Shown: positions 19,601 to 28,901 of the stretch, piece by piece
Layout: the number at the start of each line of letters is the position of its first letter
Position numbering within the stretch: position 1 is the stretch's first letter
Assembly (NCBI GenBank): GCA_039028615.1
Contig: JBCCHT010000039.1
Coordinates: forward strand, 32,001 to 96,000
DNA: 64,000 nt
From: Myxococcota bacterium
GTDB taxonomy: Bacteria > Myxococcota_A > Polyangia > Nannocystales > Nannocystaceae
Direction of reading: 5' to 3'
The notes under the pieces: model-generated
What the model was told of the DNA's origin: nothing
Seen by the model: only the letters and a program-made list of their open reading frames with translations
The model's database searches: none
Translations under genes and position numbers: made by a program

Positions 19601-21757
19601 TCGCGCTCGCAGGTCGCCGAGGCCACCGCCGCCGCGCACGAGGGACGGCTGCGCGAGGCGTTCGAGGGTCACGCCGACGCCTATGCGCACAGCGAGGCCC
19701 TGGGCCCGGGCTATGCCGCCGCGCTCGCCTACGCCGATGCACTGTGGGGAACGCCGGGTCAGCCCCTCGATCCCTCGTGGGTCCCCCTGCGCTCGCTGGC
19801 CTACGGCGTCACCAGCCGAGTGCGCGCACAGATCGACACGCCGCGCCTCCGTCGGCTGCACAACGAGCTGGCCACCCCCGGTCAGTGGCAGCCCCTCCAG
19901 CTCGCCGAGCGAAGCGCGGGCACCCAGGATCGAGGGCGTCGCGCCAACACCCGAGCGCTCACCGACACCGAGCGGCTGTGGTGGGCCCTGCTCGCTCCGC
20001 CCTGGGCCGAAGGCGAGGGGCAGCTGCTGCGCTCGGGGGCGCGGAGCATCATCAAGCTCGAGCTGCCCGACCCCCACGCGATCGAGCTGGAGGTGTTCTG
20101 CGACGATCGCCGCAGCGATGCGGACGAGCTGTCGGTCGAGCTGCGCACTGAAGACTCGACCACGCCCATGCAGGACGACACGCTGGTGCTGCCTCGCCGC
20201 CGCGCACGACGACATCGGCTCCCGGCTCGTCGCGGCTCGGTGCGCATCGAGTTGCGGCTCCCGCCGGGCGCTCCCGAGCGACGCTGTGCGGTGCGCTGGC
20301 AGCTGGTGCGCTCGGCCACCGAGGCCCTCGTCTCCGAGCGACCCCTGCGGTGGCTGCGAGCCGAGCCGGGGCGACCGGTGGAGATGATCGTGCTGGGCCC
20401 CACCGCCTTGCGCCTGAACCTCGAGCCGCGCCGTGAAGACACGTCCACCACCGCCACCGTGCAGATCGCCGACCTGGCGGGCAAGGACCCGCAATTCGTG
20501 TCGCTCCCCGTCGAGGCGGTCGGCGACGGCGGCTCGGACCCCGTCACTCTGCTCATACCGCAGGCGGGGGCGCAGCGGCTGACGATCAACACCGACGACG
20601 AAGGCGTGCTCGCCCGGGTGGCCGTGCGTCGCTCGAGCGACGGCAGCGACGAGGCCGTCGCCGAGCAGATCGCCGCCCTCGCTCCCACCACCCACGGCTC
20701 GGACACCGCCGCCGTTTCGGCCGCCCTCGACCTCGACCCACCGGGTCCCTACTGGCCCTCGGGCGCCGATGCACGCCCCACCGAGCGCATCGCCGACGCT
20801 CCCTCCGACGCCACCGGGCGGCTCGGCTCCTTCGAGGCCGAGCTCGGCTTCAGCCGCACCGACATCGCCGAGGCCGACGACCCCCGCCCCCGCAGTCGAT
20901 TGCGCGGCAGCGTGCTGTGGCGGCGCGAGCTGTACCCCGATCACATCTGGCTCAAGCTGGCCACCCACGGTCAGGGGCGCGACGGGGCCGGGGGCGCGGG
21001 AGGAGCGGCCGCCACCGCCTACGCCCAGCTCGGCTCGCGGCGCCTGCGGGGATGGGCCTCGGTCGCCTCGTGGGCGGAGCGCTACGGCGACATCCCGGCG
21101 TCGAGCGTCCGCGCCACGCTGCATCTCGATCGACCGCTGGGCATCACCCCGTCGCTCGCCGTCATCCCCTACTTCCGCAGCTCGTATCGCCACCAATCCC
21201 TCGACGACGCCCAGTTCGACATCGACATCGACCCCTCGCACGCCCAGGTGTTCTCGGCCTACGTCGAAGACCACCCGCTGGTGCTCACCCCCGGGGCGCG
21301 GCTGCGCTGGAATCCGTATCGCGACCTGCAGGTCTCGGGTGAGGTCAGCGCCACGCCCAACTCCGTGCCCGACTCGCTCGACCACGTCGACGGCGCGGTG
21401 AACCTCCAGGGCATCATCGACACCCGGCTGCCCCTGCTGGTGCGCTACGGCGGCGCCTACCGGGCCTCGCTGCGCTTCGAGGACGACGACCGCGTCCAGA
21501 CCTTCGTTCGCCACAGCCCCAGCCTCAATGCGGGCGTGACCTGGATCTTCCGCTCTGTCGGTCGCCTGAACCTCGATCTCCGCGATACCGTCTACCTGTC
21601 GCGCCCCTTTGCCCCCCGCAATGGTGTGCACGTGGTGCTGTCCTTCGAGCTGACCTTGGACCGAGGCGTCCGCGATACCTCCCCCATGGAGCTGCTGTTC
21701 CGCCCCGCCTACCGCTACCGATGGTGGCAAGCCCCGCCGCGGAGGTCGGCGCGGTGA
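16697..21757 (+). CDS. Large secreted protein with beta-sandwich and TPR-like regions and a putative C-terminal outer-membrane beta-barrel
   Basis: TGATG coupling at 16697; Sec signal MARWLLTLLLLSMVGLCSRPAAA; TPR-like helices (P.SIRARVEHAHRLLDVGDRQRA..EL); last ~310 aa are successive amphipathic strands. Confidence 0.7.
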   Translation: MARWLLTLLLLSMVGLCSRPAAAVPPPLATDRAEWTWSPTPVHYGVDPADVRASAPFVPRGTPRVEGKVVIEPGRAVVVWMSALSTVRVRKTRPESRGTLSFSRVEPSAGLATARVDEDGIAVAPGTWLLRHPVGWGAPWLVQSDRRVEIVVEQAVARRGQRIWEHVHDNVLQWVQLRGSMPHLPSTAGSERYVRRRLADREVAREIQDLSGGNAEVRQALIAWRMIRAADELDLLRPLGQVEEIVPKAAPTVELPHLRDDPTSASADLHFVRVEPEQPWHFGVRGPGVLRLGLRALLPPDGPRSRPLSAVVKTRGDDGREHVVRRLDVLASVARVRDVGDPQAPIPTLVDARTEAGELASLEHTLTVPLRPGKHEYWVEIAGSPVALRARLGRVVPQAHGRDSTQWRARTRRRALARLDDQRTVAAHVTRLLLADPWVAPWRLPLPLRKTLGRDAPRVRVFMELHSLRRRDIDAVSRMARGRQVNAWLPLAPEADALDIELRMQMFELRMAAGRHLRAVEMLRSHAGALNGDELPALVDAVQEPGRAWPLMGALDAVAARAPLASRLRAAHARLWSWTSWARLHPTTDVPAWRWVEPPTARSPTADSPPGALWSMPLRTAVKLVAPAHPFERDRTPVLRISVHADAPVKGPLKLQVGDDVFTTPMLGLSEVFEVAVPVGTHLVWLDAPEGVHALSNLHPAPGQTHAKGPSPLRTTMWPAHRDGRATQFDLGALPRDTLVQVGLRVIDPPSSPAEPVTAWVCFDDGQRRRVVVAPGSRPTELITMPGAPTVSDRVHVVVPASRRATRVWVESETPLAVAAKVRRWDPPPAQAFAETTTVATRGPGARLTPQTRHAATNRRRVRRGEPYERLRQSTRRIAAQPKSIRARVEHAHRLLDVGDRQRAQWELLDVLEANPLRPDDPRVPLVQALQARIDAFLTDDYIRQPNTPYPQPLLLRPAMAALGPDHPSRSQVAEATAAAHEGRLREAFEGHADAYAHSEALGPGYAAALAYADALWGTPGQPLDPSWVPLRSLAYGVTSRVRAQIDTPRLRRLHNELATPGQWQPLQLAERSAGTQDRGRRANTRALTDTERLWWALLAPPWAEGEGQLLRSGARSIIKLELPDPHAIELEVFCDDRRSDADELSVELRTEDSTTPMQDDTLVLPRRRARRHRLPARRGSVRIELRLPPGAPERRCAVRWQLVRSATEALVSERPLRWLRAEPGRPVEMIVLGPTALRLNLEPRREDTSTTATVQIADLAGKDPQFVSLPVEAVGDGGSDPVTLLIPQAGAQRLTINTDDEGVLARVAVRRSSDGSDEAVAEQIAALAPTTHGSDTAAVSAALDLDPPGPYWPSGADARPTERIADAPSDATGRLGSFEAELGFSRTDIAEADDPRPRSRLRGSVLWRRELYPDHIWLKLATHGQGRDGAGGAGGAAATAYAQLGSRRLRGWASVASWAERYGDIPASSVRATLHLDRPLGITPSLAVIPYFRSSYRHQSLDDAQFDIDIDPSHAQVFSAYVEDHPLVLTPGARLRWNPYRDLQVSGEVSATPNSVPDSLDHVDGAVNLQGIIDTRLPLLVRYGGAYRASLRFEDDDRVQTFVRHSPSLNAGVTWIFRSVGRLNLDLRDTVYLSRPFAPRNGVHVVLSFELTLDRGVRDTSPMELLFRPAYRYRWWQAPPRRSAR

Positions 21758-24700
21758 AGATCGGCCCGCTGAAGCTCGGCGTGCCCTCGCTGGCGCGGGT
21801 GCGGCACCACGACGATCCGAGCTCGCCCGCCTACGTGGGACGAGACAGCCATCGCCGCGCGGTCATCGACCTCATCGCGCGCCACATGTCTCCGCTGCAG
21901 GCCAAGGTGCGGCGTCGGGTGCTGGACGAGCTGTCGCGGCGCATCGTCGACCGCGAGGGCGAGATCGATCTGTTCTTCCAGCTCGACGAATCGGAGCGCC
22001 TGGCCGCGACCCTGCTGCACGCCCGCCATGTGATCCCCGTGCTCGAGGCCGAAGAGGAGCGCTTCGTGGTCGAGTTTCGCCGGCTGGTGCGAGCCCACGA
22101 CGCCCTCGATTCCCAGGCCGAGCAGCGGCGCTTCTTGGCCGATCACCTGCAACGTACCGCGTCGAGCCGCGGGCAGGCCCGGGCCGACCGTGCCGCCCTG
22201 CGTCGCAACCTCAACCTCGAGGCGCTCAAGGAACGGCACGATGGCGATCGGCATCGGGTGTTGGTGCAGGTCGAGGTCTCGCTCGACTTCATGGCCGGGG
22301 CCCTGGTCACGCTGGGCCCCGACGCGCCCGCCCCGACTGAATCCAAGGCCTCGGCGCTGGCGCTGTTGGGTGACTCCGACGTGCTCGAGTTCCTGGTGAC
22401 CTACGCCCGGACCCAAGCGCGCTGGCAGACCCGCTGGGCCGCCGCCCGAGCGCTGGAGGCCTACGTCTGCACGGGCATCACGCTCACGGACGCGCAGATC
22501 GAGGGCCTGCGCGGGCGCATCGCCGACAAGAACGAGCACCCGTGGGTGGTCTCGGTGTTGGTGAGCACGCTGTGGACGACCCGGCCGCAGCTCGCTCGTA
22601 CGATCACCGAGGAGCGCCTACGCACGCCTCTGGAGCACCCGCTGGACTTTCTGGTACGGCGGCTGCTGCTCGACCAGACCCATCGCGACGGGCCCTGGGC
22701 GCTGGGCGTCATCGAGGCCCTGCTGCACCGAGGAGACCCCGCCCAGCACGTACGCCTGGGCATCAACCGGGTACTGCGGCGTCTGCTCGACGAGCACCCC
22801 GAGGCGCTCGATCTCATCGTCTCGCAAGTCGGCATCTTGCCCGCGAGCGCGCCCGAGCCCGAGCCCGCCCCGCGGCGCAAGAGGAAGAAGGCCAAAGCCG
22901 AGCCCGCGCCCGCGCCGAAGCTCGAGCTGCCGTCGGAGACCGTCAGCACCGAGGACGTCGCATCCTCCAACGACGCCAATTACGACTCCGCCGATCGCAA
23001 GAAGAAGCAACGCCGCAAGCGACGGCGAAAGAAGAAGGACAACAAAGAAAAGAAGAAACGGAAGAAGACGGAGAAGCCCGCTCCGCCACAACAGCCCGCG
23101 CAGGACGAGCCGACCGAGGCCGTCGAGGAGCCCGCGAAGGACGAGCCGACGCCGGCCGAGCCCGAGGCACCGACCGAAGACTCCGGGCCCAGCGAGCATG
23201 CCGTCGTGCCCGACGTGGGCGATGCCGCGGCACGGGTTCGAGCCGTGGCGGGGCGAGCATTGGTCGTCACCCTGGGCGAGCGCCTCGCCTGCCCCGAAGC
23301 GGGCCCGCGGGGCAAACAGAGCCTCGCGTACCTCCACACCTGGCTACGGCGTGAGCGCGACGAGCTACCCCTGCTGGTCACCTTCGAGGCCCTCCGTCGC
23401 GTGCTCGAAGACATCCACGAGGACCACGACGGTCGCGAGGCGCTACGGATCCTCGCCCCCGTGCTCGCCGAGCTGTCCCGTGACGGCGCTGCGTCGCCCG
23501 CCATCCACGAAGACGCTGCCGCCACCCTCGAGACCCTCGATCGCGTGCTCAGCCCACCGCGCCGGGCCCTGGTCGCCCGGCTGCGCTCCGCCTTGTCGCA
23601 GACCTCGGTGCCCGGCTCGTGCCGCGTGCCCCTGACCGAGGACAACGAGCGCGCCGACGTGGGCCGAGCCCTGGCCGAGATCACCCGCGATGACTGGGGC
23701 GTCTCTGCGTCGCTGTCACCTCGCCGGGCACGCCTGCGCCGTGGCGACCGCTTCACCACCAAGCTGTGGCGAGTGCTGCACGAGATCCGCAACCCCGCGC
23801 CCAACAAGCGCCAGGGCTTTCGCCACACCGTCGGCCGCGTGCTCACGGGCGACCTGCGAGCCCACAGCGGACAGCTGCACGAGGTCACCCCCACCGTGGT
23901 CCCCGGCGAGCGCGTGCACATCCGGGGCGAGGGCGGCTGGGGTCGACACGTGCCCTCGGCCGACGACGTGACCACCGTGCCCCTGCTTCGGCCGCGCCCG
24001 GTGGAGCTTTACAGCAGCTTCGGCGTCACTCGACTGCGCGCCACCGGATCGCTCGCCAAGCGCCTGTGGTCGCGCGCGCGGCTGACCTTCCGCTACGCCG
24101 AGGTGGCCGCCCAGCGCAGCACCAGCCTCGACTCCGACGAGCCCGAGGAGTCGCGCCGCTACCTGACGATGCTGCGCGATCGCTACGGCATCGAGGTGGA
24201 GATCGAGCCCGCGCCCCCCTGCGGCGAGCACCCGCGGGCCCTGCCCGAGCGCATCACCGCCCTGCTGCCCGGCGAACCGGAGCCCCCCGCCGACGCGTCG
24301 TCCAAGCCGTCGACGAAGGTCGCCGCGCTCGCGCTGGCCCCCGACGCGCTCACCCCCGGCGTGCTGCCCCGCCTCGACGAGTGGCTCGACACCCACGTCC
24401 ACTACTTCCTGTCGATGCAGGCCAACCAACAGGCCTCGCTCGCCGCGTTCTTCCTCGGGGCCTTCGCGCTGTTCTTCGGCGACTCGTTCCGCCGCCGCCA
24501 CTCCATCGATCGCGCCCGCAAGAAGATCCCCCTGTGCATCGGCGGCTGGGGCACCCGCGGCAAGTCGGGCACCGAGCGGATCAAGGCGGGCCTGTTCCAC
24601 GGCCTCGGCTACCAGGTCTTCTCCAAGACGACCGGCTGCGAGGCGATGATGATCCACTCCGTACCCGAGGGCCCTCCCGCCGAGGTCTTCGTGTTCCGCC

Positions 24701-26643
24701 CCTACGGCAAGGCCACCATCTGGGAGCAGCGCAACCTGCTGGAGCTCGGCGCCGCCCTCGAGGCCGACGTGTTCCTGTGGGAGTGCATGGCGCTCAACCC
24801 CAAGTATGTCGAGATCATCCAGCACAAGTGGATGCGCGACGACCTGTCCACGCTGACCAACGCCTATCCCGATCACGAGGACATCCAGGGCCCGGCCGGC
24901 ATGGACGTGGCCAACACCATCTCGCGCTTCATCCCCGATGACGGGATCATCCTGACCAGCGAGATCAACTTCCTGCCCCTGTTCCGCGAGGTCTGCCGCG
25001 AGCGAGACAGCGAGCTGGTGGCCATCGGGCCTCACGAGGGCGACCTCATCGCACCCGAGCTGCTCGACCTGTTCCCCTACCAGGAGCACCCCCGCAACAT
25101 CGCGCTGGTGGCTCAGATGGCGGAGCAGCTCGACGTCGACCACGACCTGGCCATCGTCACCATGGCCCAGCACGTGGTCGCCGACCTCGGCGTGCTCAAG
25201 AGCTATCCGCCCGTGCGGGTCTGCGGGCGCGTGCTCAAGTTCATCAACGGCTGCTCCGCCAACGAGCGCGCCGGGTTCTTGGGCAACTGGGAGCGCACGG
25301 GCTGCGCTGCGCTGGCCGAGAGCGAAGACCCCGAGCAGCTGGTGATCACCGTGGTCAACAACCGGGACGACCGCATCAGCCGCAGCGAGGTCTTCGGTCG
25401 CATCCTGGTCAACGACTGCGTGGTCGATCGTCACGTGCTCATCGGCACCAACCTACGCGGGCTGCTCTCGTACCTGCGCGGGAGCATGGCGATCTTCCTG
25501 CAAAACATTCAGCTCGTGCGTGCGGCCGACCTCGAGGACCCCGAGGGACGGGAGCGGGCGCTCGGGCGCCTGGCGGCGTTGATGCAGCGGCTGCGGATCT
25601 CTCCGCTGTCTGCCAATGCCCTGCTCGCCCGCCTCCGCACCTATGCAGCCGGTTGCGGCCTCGAGCTGCGCGACCCCGAGCCCGCCCGCAAGGTCCTCGA
25701 GCAAGCCCTGGCCAGCGACGGCGGCCTCGAGCTGGCCAAGCTCCGCAAGGACTTCGAGCAAGACGCCAAGCTCCGCGCCGCCCTCGATGCCGGCCTGAGC
25801 GAGCCCACCGAGGCCTCCACCCAGACGCCGCCAGAGGTCCTGATCCCCTGCGAACGCAAGGAACTCGAGGTGCACTTCGCCCGCCAGCTCGCGCGCGCGG
25901 TGATCCATGCTCGCCTGCGACGACAGCTCGAGGCCCTGTTCGACAACAAGTCGACGTCCGAGCTGGGGGCCTACGAGGATCGGGTCCGCGAGACCTATCG
26001 GGTGATGTTCGATGACATGTTGGTGGTCGTCGAAGATCCCAAGACCAAAGGTGACGCAATCGTGCAAGCGTGTGCACGGTGTGTACCGCCCGGGACCCAT
26101 GTACGCATCATGGGTACCCAGAACATCAAGGGTACCGGTCTCGACTTCGTGTATCGATGGTTGGCCGTCGATGCCGTGGTGGCGGAGCTGAAGATCCTGC
26201 AAGGGCCGGAAGACGACGGGCGACTCGGGGCGCTCGAACGACTGCAGGCCTTTGCCGATCACGGGGTGATGGATCTCGGCCTCCTCCATCGATACCTGCG
26301 CGAGAACGAGCCTCGGGGGGCCGCCGAGCGAGCGCCCTTCGATCGCCTCAAATCCAAGGTAGAGCCCGCCTACAAGAAGAAACGGGCTCCTTTCGAAGCG
26401 GCGACGGGCCCCGATGCACCGGGCGGCAAGAAGAAGAAGACGTGGGTCGAGTCGGCCGCGAGCTGGATCGAGGGATGGCTCGATTTCCTCGACGGTGCCC
26501 GTCGGTTCCACGGATCGGCCGCGATCATGAAGGACCTGGTGCACGGCCGTGTCTCCCACCCCCGCGCCGCCGTGCTCATGCGCGAAATCTACGCGAGAGA
26601 AAAGGGAGGTTGGTTGCTGGCACGCTTTTCCAACAAGGGGTGA
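21754..26643 (+). CDS. pgsB: Giant poly-gamma-glutamate synthase PgsB/CapB (Mur-ligase family) with an ~890-aa HEAT-like N-terminal extension
   Basis: GGAGG RBS and GTGA overlap; hydrophobic helix then [18 protein letters not shown]...[65 protein letters not shown], all in the order of PgsB/CapB motifs. Confidence 0.9.
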   Translation: MKIGPLKLGVPSLARVRHHDDPSSPAYVGRDSHRRAVIDLIARHMSPLQAKVRRRVLDELSRRIVDREGEIDLFFQLDESERLAATLLHARHVIPVLEAEEERFVVEFRRLVRAHDALDSQAEQRRFLADHLQRTASSRGQARADRAALRRNLNLEALKERHDGDRHRVLVQVEVSLDFMAGALVTLGPDAPAPTESKASALALLGDSDVLEFLVTYARTQARWQTRWAAARALEAYVCTGITLTDAQIEGLRGRIADKNEHPWVVSVLVSTLWTTRPQLARTITEERLRTPLEHPLDFLVRRLLLDQTHRDGPWALGVIEALLHRGDPAQHVRLGINRVLRRLLDEHPEALDLIVSQVGILPASAPEPEPAPRRKRKKAKAEPAPAPKLELPSETVSTEDVASSNDANYDSADRKKKQRRKRRRKKKDNKEKKKRKKTEKPAPPQQPAQDEPTEAVEEPAKDEPTPAEPEAPTEDSGPSEHAVVPDVGDAAARVRAVAGRALVVTLGERLACPEAGPRGKQSLAYLHTWLRRERDELPLLVTFEALRRVLEDIHEDHDGREALRILAPVLAELSRDGAASPAIHEDAAATLETLDRVLSPPRRALVARLRSALSQTSVPGSCRVPLTEDNERADVGRALAEITRDDWGVSASLSPRRARLRRGDRFTTKLWRVLHEIRNPAPNKRQGFRHTVGRVLTGDLRAHSGQLHEVTPTVVPGERVHIRGEGGWGRHVPSADDVTTVPLLRPRPVELYSSFGVTRLRATGSLAKRLWSRARLTFRYAEVAAQRSTSLDSDEPEESRRYLTMLRDRYGIEVEIEPAPPCGEHPRALPERITALLPGEPEPPADASSKPSTKVAALALAPDALTPGVLPRLDEWLDTHVHYFLSMQANQQASLAAFFLGAFALFFGDSFRRRHSIDRARKKIPLCIGGWGTRGKSGTERIKAGLFHGLGYQVFSKTTGCEAMMIHSVPEGPPAEVFVFRPYGKATIWEQRNLLELGAALEADVFLWECMALNPKYVEIIQHKWMRDDLSTLTNAYPDHEDIQGPAGMDVANTISRFIPDDGIILTSEINFLPLFREVCRERDSELVAIGPHEGDLIAPELLDLFPYQEHPRNIALVAQMAEQLDVDHDLAIVTMAQHVVADLGVLKSYPPVRVCGRVLKFINGCSANERAGFLGNWERTGCAALAESEDPEQLVITVVNNRDDRISRSEVFGRILVNDCVVDRHVLIGTNLRGLLSYLRGSMAIFLQNIQLVRAADLEDPEGRERALGRLAALMQRLRISPLSANALLARLRTYAAGCGLELRDPEPARKVLEQALASDGGLELAKLRKDFEQDAKLRAALDAGLSEPTEASTQTPPEVLIPCERKELEVHFARQLARAVIHARLRRQLEALFDNKSTSELGAYEDRVRETYRVMFDDMLVVVEDPKTKGDAIVQACARCVPPGTHVRIMGTQNIKGTGLDFVYRWLAVDAVVAELKILQGPEDDGRLGALERLQAFADHGVMDLGLLHRYLRENEPRGAAERAPFDRLKSKVEPAYKKKRAPFEAATGPDAPGGKKKKTWVESAASWIEGWLDFLDGARRFHGSAAIMKDLVHGRVSHPRAAVLMREIYAREKGGWLLARFSNKG

Positions 26644-26719
26644 GTGTAGGACGTCCCAATACGAAATCAGACCATTTCATGATCCTCGAAGGGGCACTTC
26701 GACCTTATCGTTGCCCCGT

Positions 26720-28843
26720 ATGACTGGACTCGCGTTGTTCCTGCCGTCGACCCTTGGTTCAAAGTATGGGCGCTCGATCGTCGGGCCCGGGCTGGCCGCG
26801 ATGTGCATGCTGCTGGCGAGCGATGCCGCCCAGGCGGCCGTCGTGCCCGCGCAGATCGTAGTGCGGACCGGCGACACCCCGACCGGACCGATGGTCATCG
26901 ACGTGCACGGAGCGGTCGTCAACGATGCGGGGGAGCCGGGGTTCATCGTCGATCTCGCGGATGGCGATCACCTGGTGTGGGTCGGCGCGGGGCCGGTTTG
27001 GGAGGGCAGCGACGACGCCGTCAACATCCTCAGCGACGTCGAAGCCACCATGGGCACCAACGGCCTGGGCGACTTCGTCTACGCGCCCGACATCAATGGC
27101 ATCGACGGCCTGTATACGAACAGCGGCCCCTTGGCGATCGCGGGCGACCCTGCGGTGGGGCACCCCGCAGGTGCGATCTACACCTTCCATCGCCGCCCCT
27201 CGATGAGCGCCGACGGATCCGTCTACTGGAGCGCGGGCGTCGACCTCGACGGCGGAGGCACAGACGTCCTCACTTTCTACCGCAGCCCCGACGGCACCCC
27301 GGGCTCCATCGAGCGGCTGCTGTCCAGCGGCGACGCGGTCGGAGCCTTGATCGTCGACGACTCGGGCGGCGGCACCGATGGCGGCATCGACAGCGACTAC
27401 CAGGTCTCCGAAGACGGCACCCACCGAATCCACGTGCTCAACATGGAGGGCCCCTCGACCATGGACGGCATCGTGTGGGTCGATGGCGCGGTCGCCATGC
27501 AGGAGGGGACCCCCACGGGCGGCGGAGACAACTGGGACAACTTCGATCTCGTCTCGATCAACAACGCGGGCAACTACCTCGTCACCGGCAATACCGATGG
27601 CCCCGAGGGCACCGACGAGTTCGTCGCCTACAACGGGACCGTCGGCATTCGCGAGGGCGACCTGGTGGGCGGGGTGGCCCTGCAGACGAGCGCCAGCCTC
27701 CGCTTCGCCTCGATCAACGACAGCAACCAGGCCGCGTTTTCCTGGGGCTACCAGTCGGTGGCCGGCTTCCGGGAGGCGGTGTTCTTTTCCTGCAACGCGG
27801 CCGACCTCGGGGCGTCGTCGCTGCCCGTGCTCACCACCGACGACGACACCATCGACATCGACGGCGACATGATCGGCGACTTCGTCGTCGACGAGATCGT
27901 CAGCTCTACCGCGGTCACGGCCAAGGTCCTGGGCAACACCCCCTTCATCTATGCCGAGGTCGACCTCGACGACGGCGAGGCGGTCTACAACGCCGTCGTG
28001 CAGATCCCCGTGATCTGCTGCGGCAACGGCCTGGTCGATCCGATGGAGGACTGCGACGACCAGAACGCCGACAACACCGATGGCTGCCTCGACAGCTGCA
28101 TCGCGGCCAGCTGCGGCGACGGCTTCATCCAAGCGGGGGTGGAGACCTGCGACGACGGCAACGACGACGATACCGACGACTGCCCCGGCACCTGCCAGCC
28201 CGCGACCTGCGGCGACGGCTTCGTGCAGGCCGGCGTGGAGGAGTGCGACGACGCCAACGCCGACGACACCGATGACTGCATCGCGGGCTGCGTGGCGGCC
28301 TCGTGCGGTGACGGGTTCGTGCAGGCCGGCGTCGAAGACTGCGACGATCAGAACGACGACGACACCGACGACTGCGTGGCCGGCTGCGTGGCGGCCTCGT
28401 GCGGCGACGGGTTCGTGCAAGACGGCGTCGAGGAGTGCGATGATGGCAACGACGACGATGACGACGAGTGCCTGAGCGACTGCACCATACCCGTGCCCCC
28501 CTCCGACACCGGGTCCGAAGGTGGCGACACCACGGGCGGTGATACCAGCGAAGACACCACGGCGGGGGAAGGCGAAAGCGGCGTCGACAGTGCGAGCACG
28601 GGCGACGGCGGCAGCGCGGAAGGGGTGGACCCCGATGATGCGGGCAATGCCACCGACTCGGCCGGAGACGCGACCGGCTCGGGCAGCGACGGCGGCAGCG
28701 GCAGCACGGCCGGGGTGGGCGACGACGGGGGCGGCTGTGGCTGTCGCACCAGCGACGAGCGCCCAGTCTCCGGCATCGTGTGGAGCCTGTTCGGGCTGGG
28801 CCTGCTGGGCCTGAGGCGCCGACGTCCCACGCTCGGTCGCTAA
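26720..28843 (+). CDS. MYXO-CTERM surface protein with myxobacterial disulfide repeats (DUF4215-like)
   Basis: Five CG(N/D)G......E.CDD.N....D.C...C repeats; Ser/Gly/Asp linker; C-terminal GGCGCRTS...[15 protein letters not shown] sorting signal. Start uncertain. Confidence 0.9.
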   Translation: MTGLALFLPSTLGSKYGRSIVGPGLAAMCMLLASDAAQAAVVPAQIVVRTGDTPTGPMVIDVHGAVVNDAGEPGFIVDLADGDHLVWVGAGPVWEGSDDAVNILSDVEATMGTNGLGDFVYAPDINGIDGLYTNSGPLAIAGDPAVGHPAGAIYTFHRRPSMSADGSVYWSAGVDLDGGGTDVLTFYRSPDGTPGSIERLLSSGDAVGALIVDDSGGGTDGGIDSDYQVSEDGTHRIHVLNMEGPSTMDGIVWVDGAVAMQEGTPTGGGDNWDNFDLVSINNAGNYLVTGNTDGPEGTDEFVAYNGTVGIREGDLVGGVALQTSASLRFASINDSNQAAFSWGYQSVAGFREAVFFSCNAADLGASSLPVLTTDDDTIDIDGDMIGDFVVDEIVSSTAVTAKVLGNTPFIYAEVDLDDGEAVYNAVVQIPVICCGNGLVDPMEDCDDQNADNTDGCLDSCIAASCGDGFIQAGVETCDDGNDDDTDDCPGTCQPATCGDGFVQAGVEECDDANADDTDDCIAGCVAASCGDGFVQAGVEDCDDQNDDDTDDCVAGCVAASCGDGFVQDGVEECDDGNDDDDDECLSDCTIPVPPSDTGSEGGDTTGGDTSEDTTAGEGESGVDSASTGDGGSAEGVDPDDAGNATDSAGDATGSGSDGGSGSTAGVGDDGGGCGCRTSDERPVSGIVWSLFGLGLLGLRRRRPTLGR

Positions 28844-28865
28844 AGCCGGGCTCCGCTTCGAACGG

Positions 28866-28901
28866 CACCGGTCGACGGTATTGCAGTACTGTCGACCGGT
28901 G
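28866..28901. terminator. Long hairpin after the MYXO-CTERM gene, overlapping the probable GTG start of the gyrB-like gene
   Basis: CACCGGTCGAC (28866-76) / GTCGACCGGTG (28891-901) perfect 11-bp inverted repeat, extendable by 4 pairs inward. Confidence 0.5.

Noticed and set aside
16520..21730. Long minus-strand ORFs (951 aa and 722 aa)
   Set aside because: Typical high-GC antisense shadows of the large plus-strand gene.
21754..26643. Cyanophycin synthetase or peptidoglycan Mur ligase
   Set aside because: No ATP-grasp domain; the G.RGKS, KTTG, ECMA.P and NNR.DR..R motifs and the linked CapC gene point to PgsB.
28010..28490. CRISPR-like periodic repeats (also 36362-38400)
   Set aside because: In-frame coding Cys-rich protein repeats, without unique spacers or cas genes.
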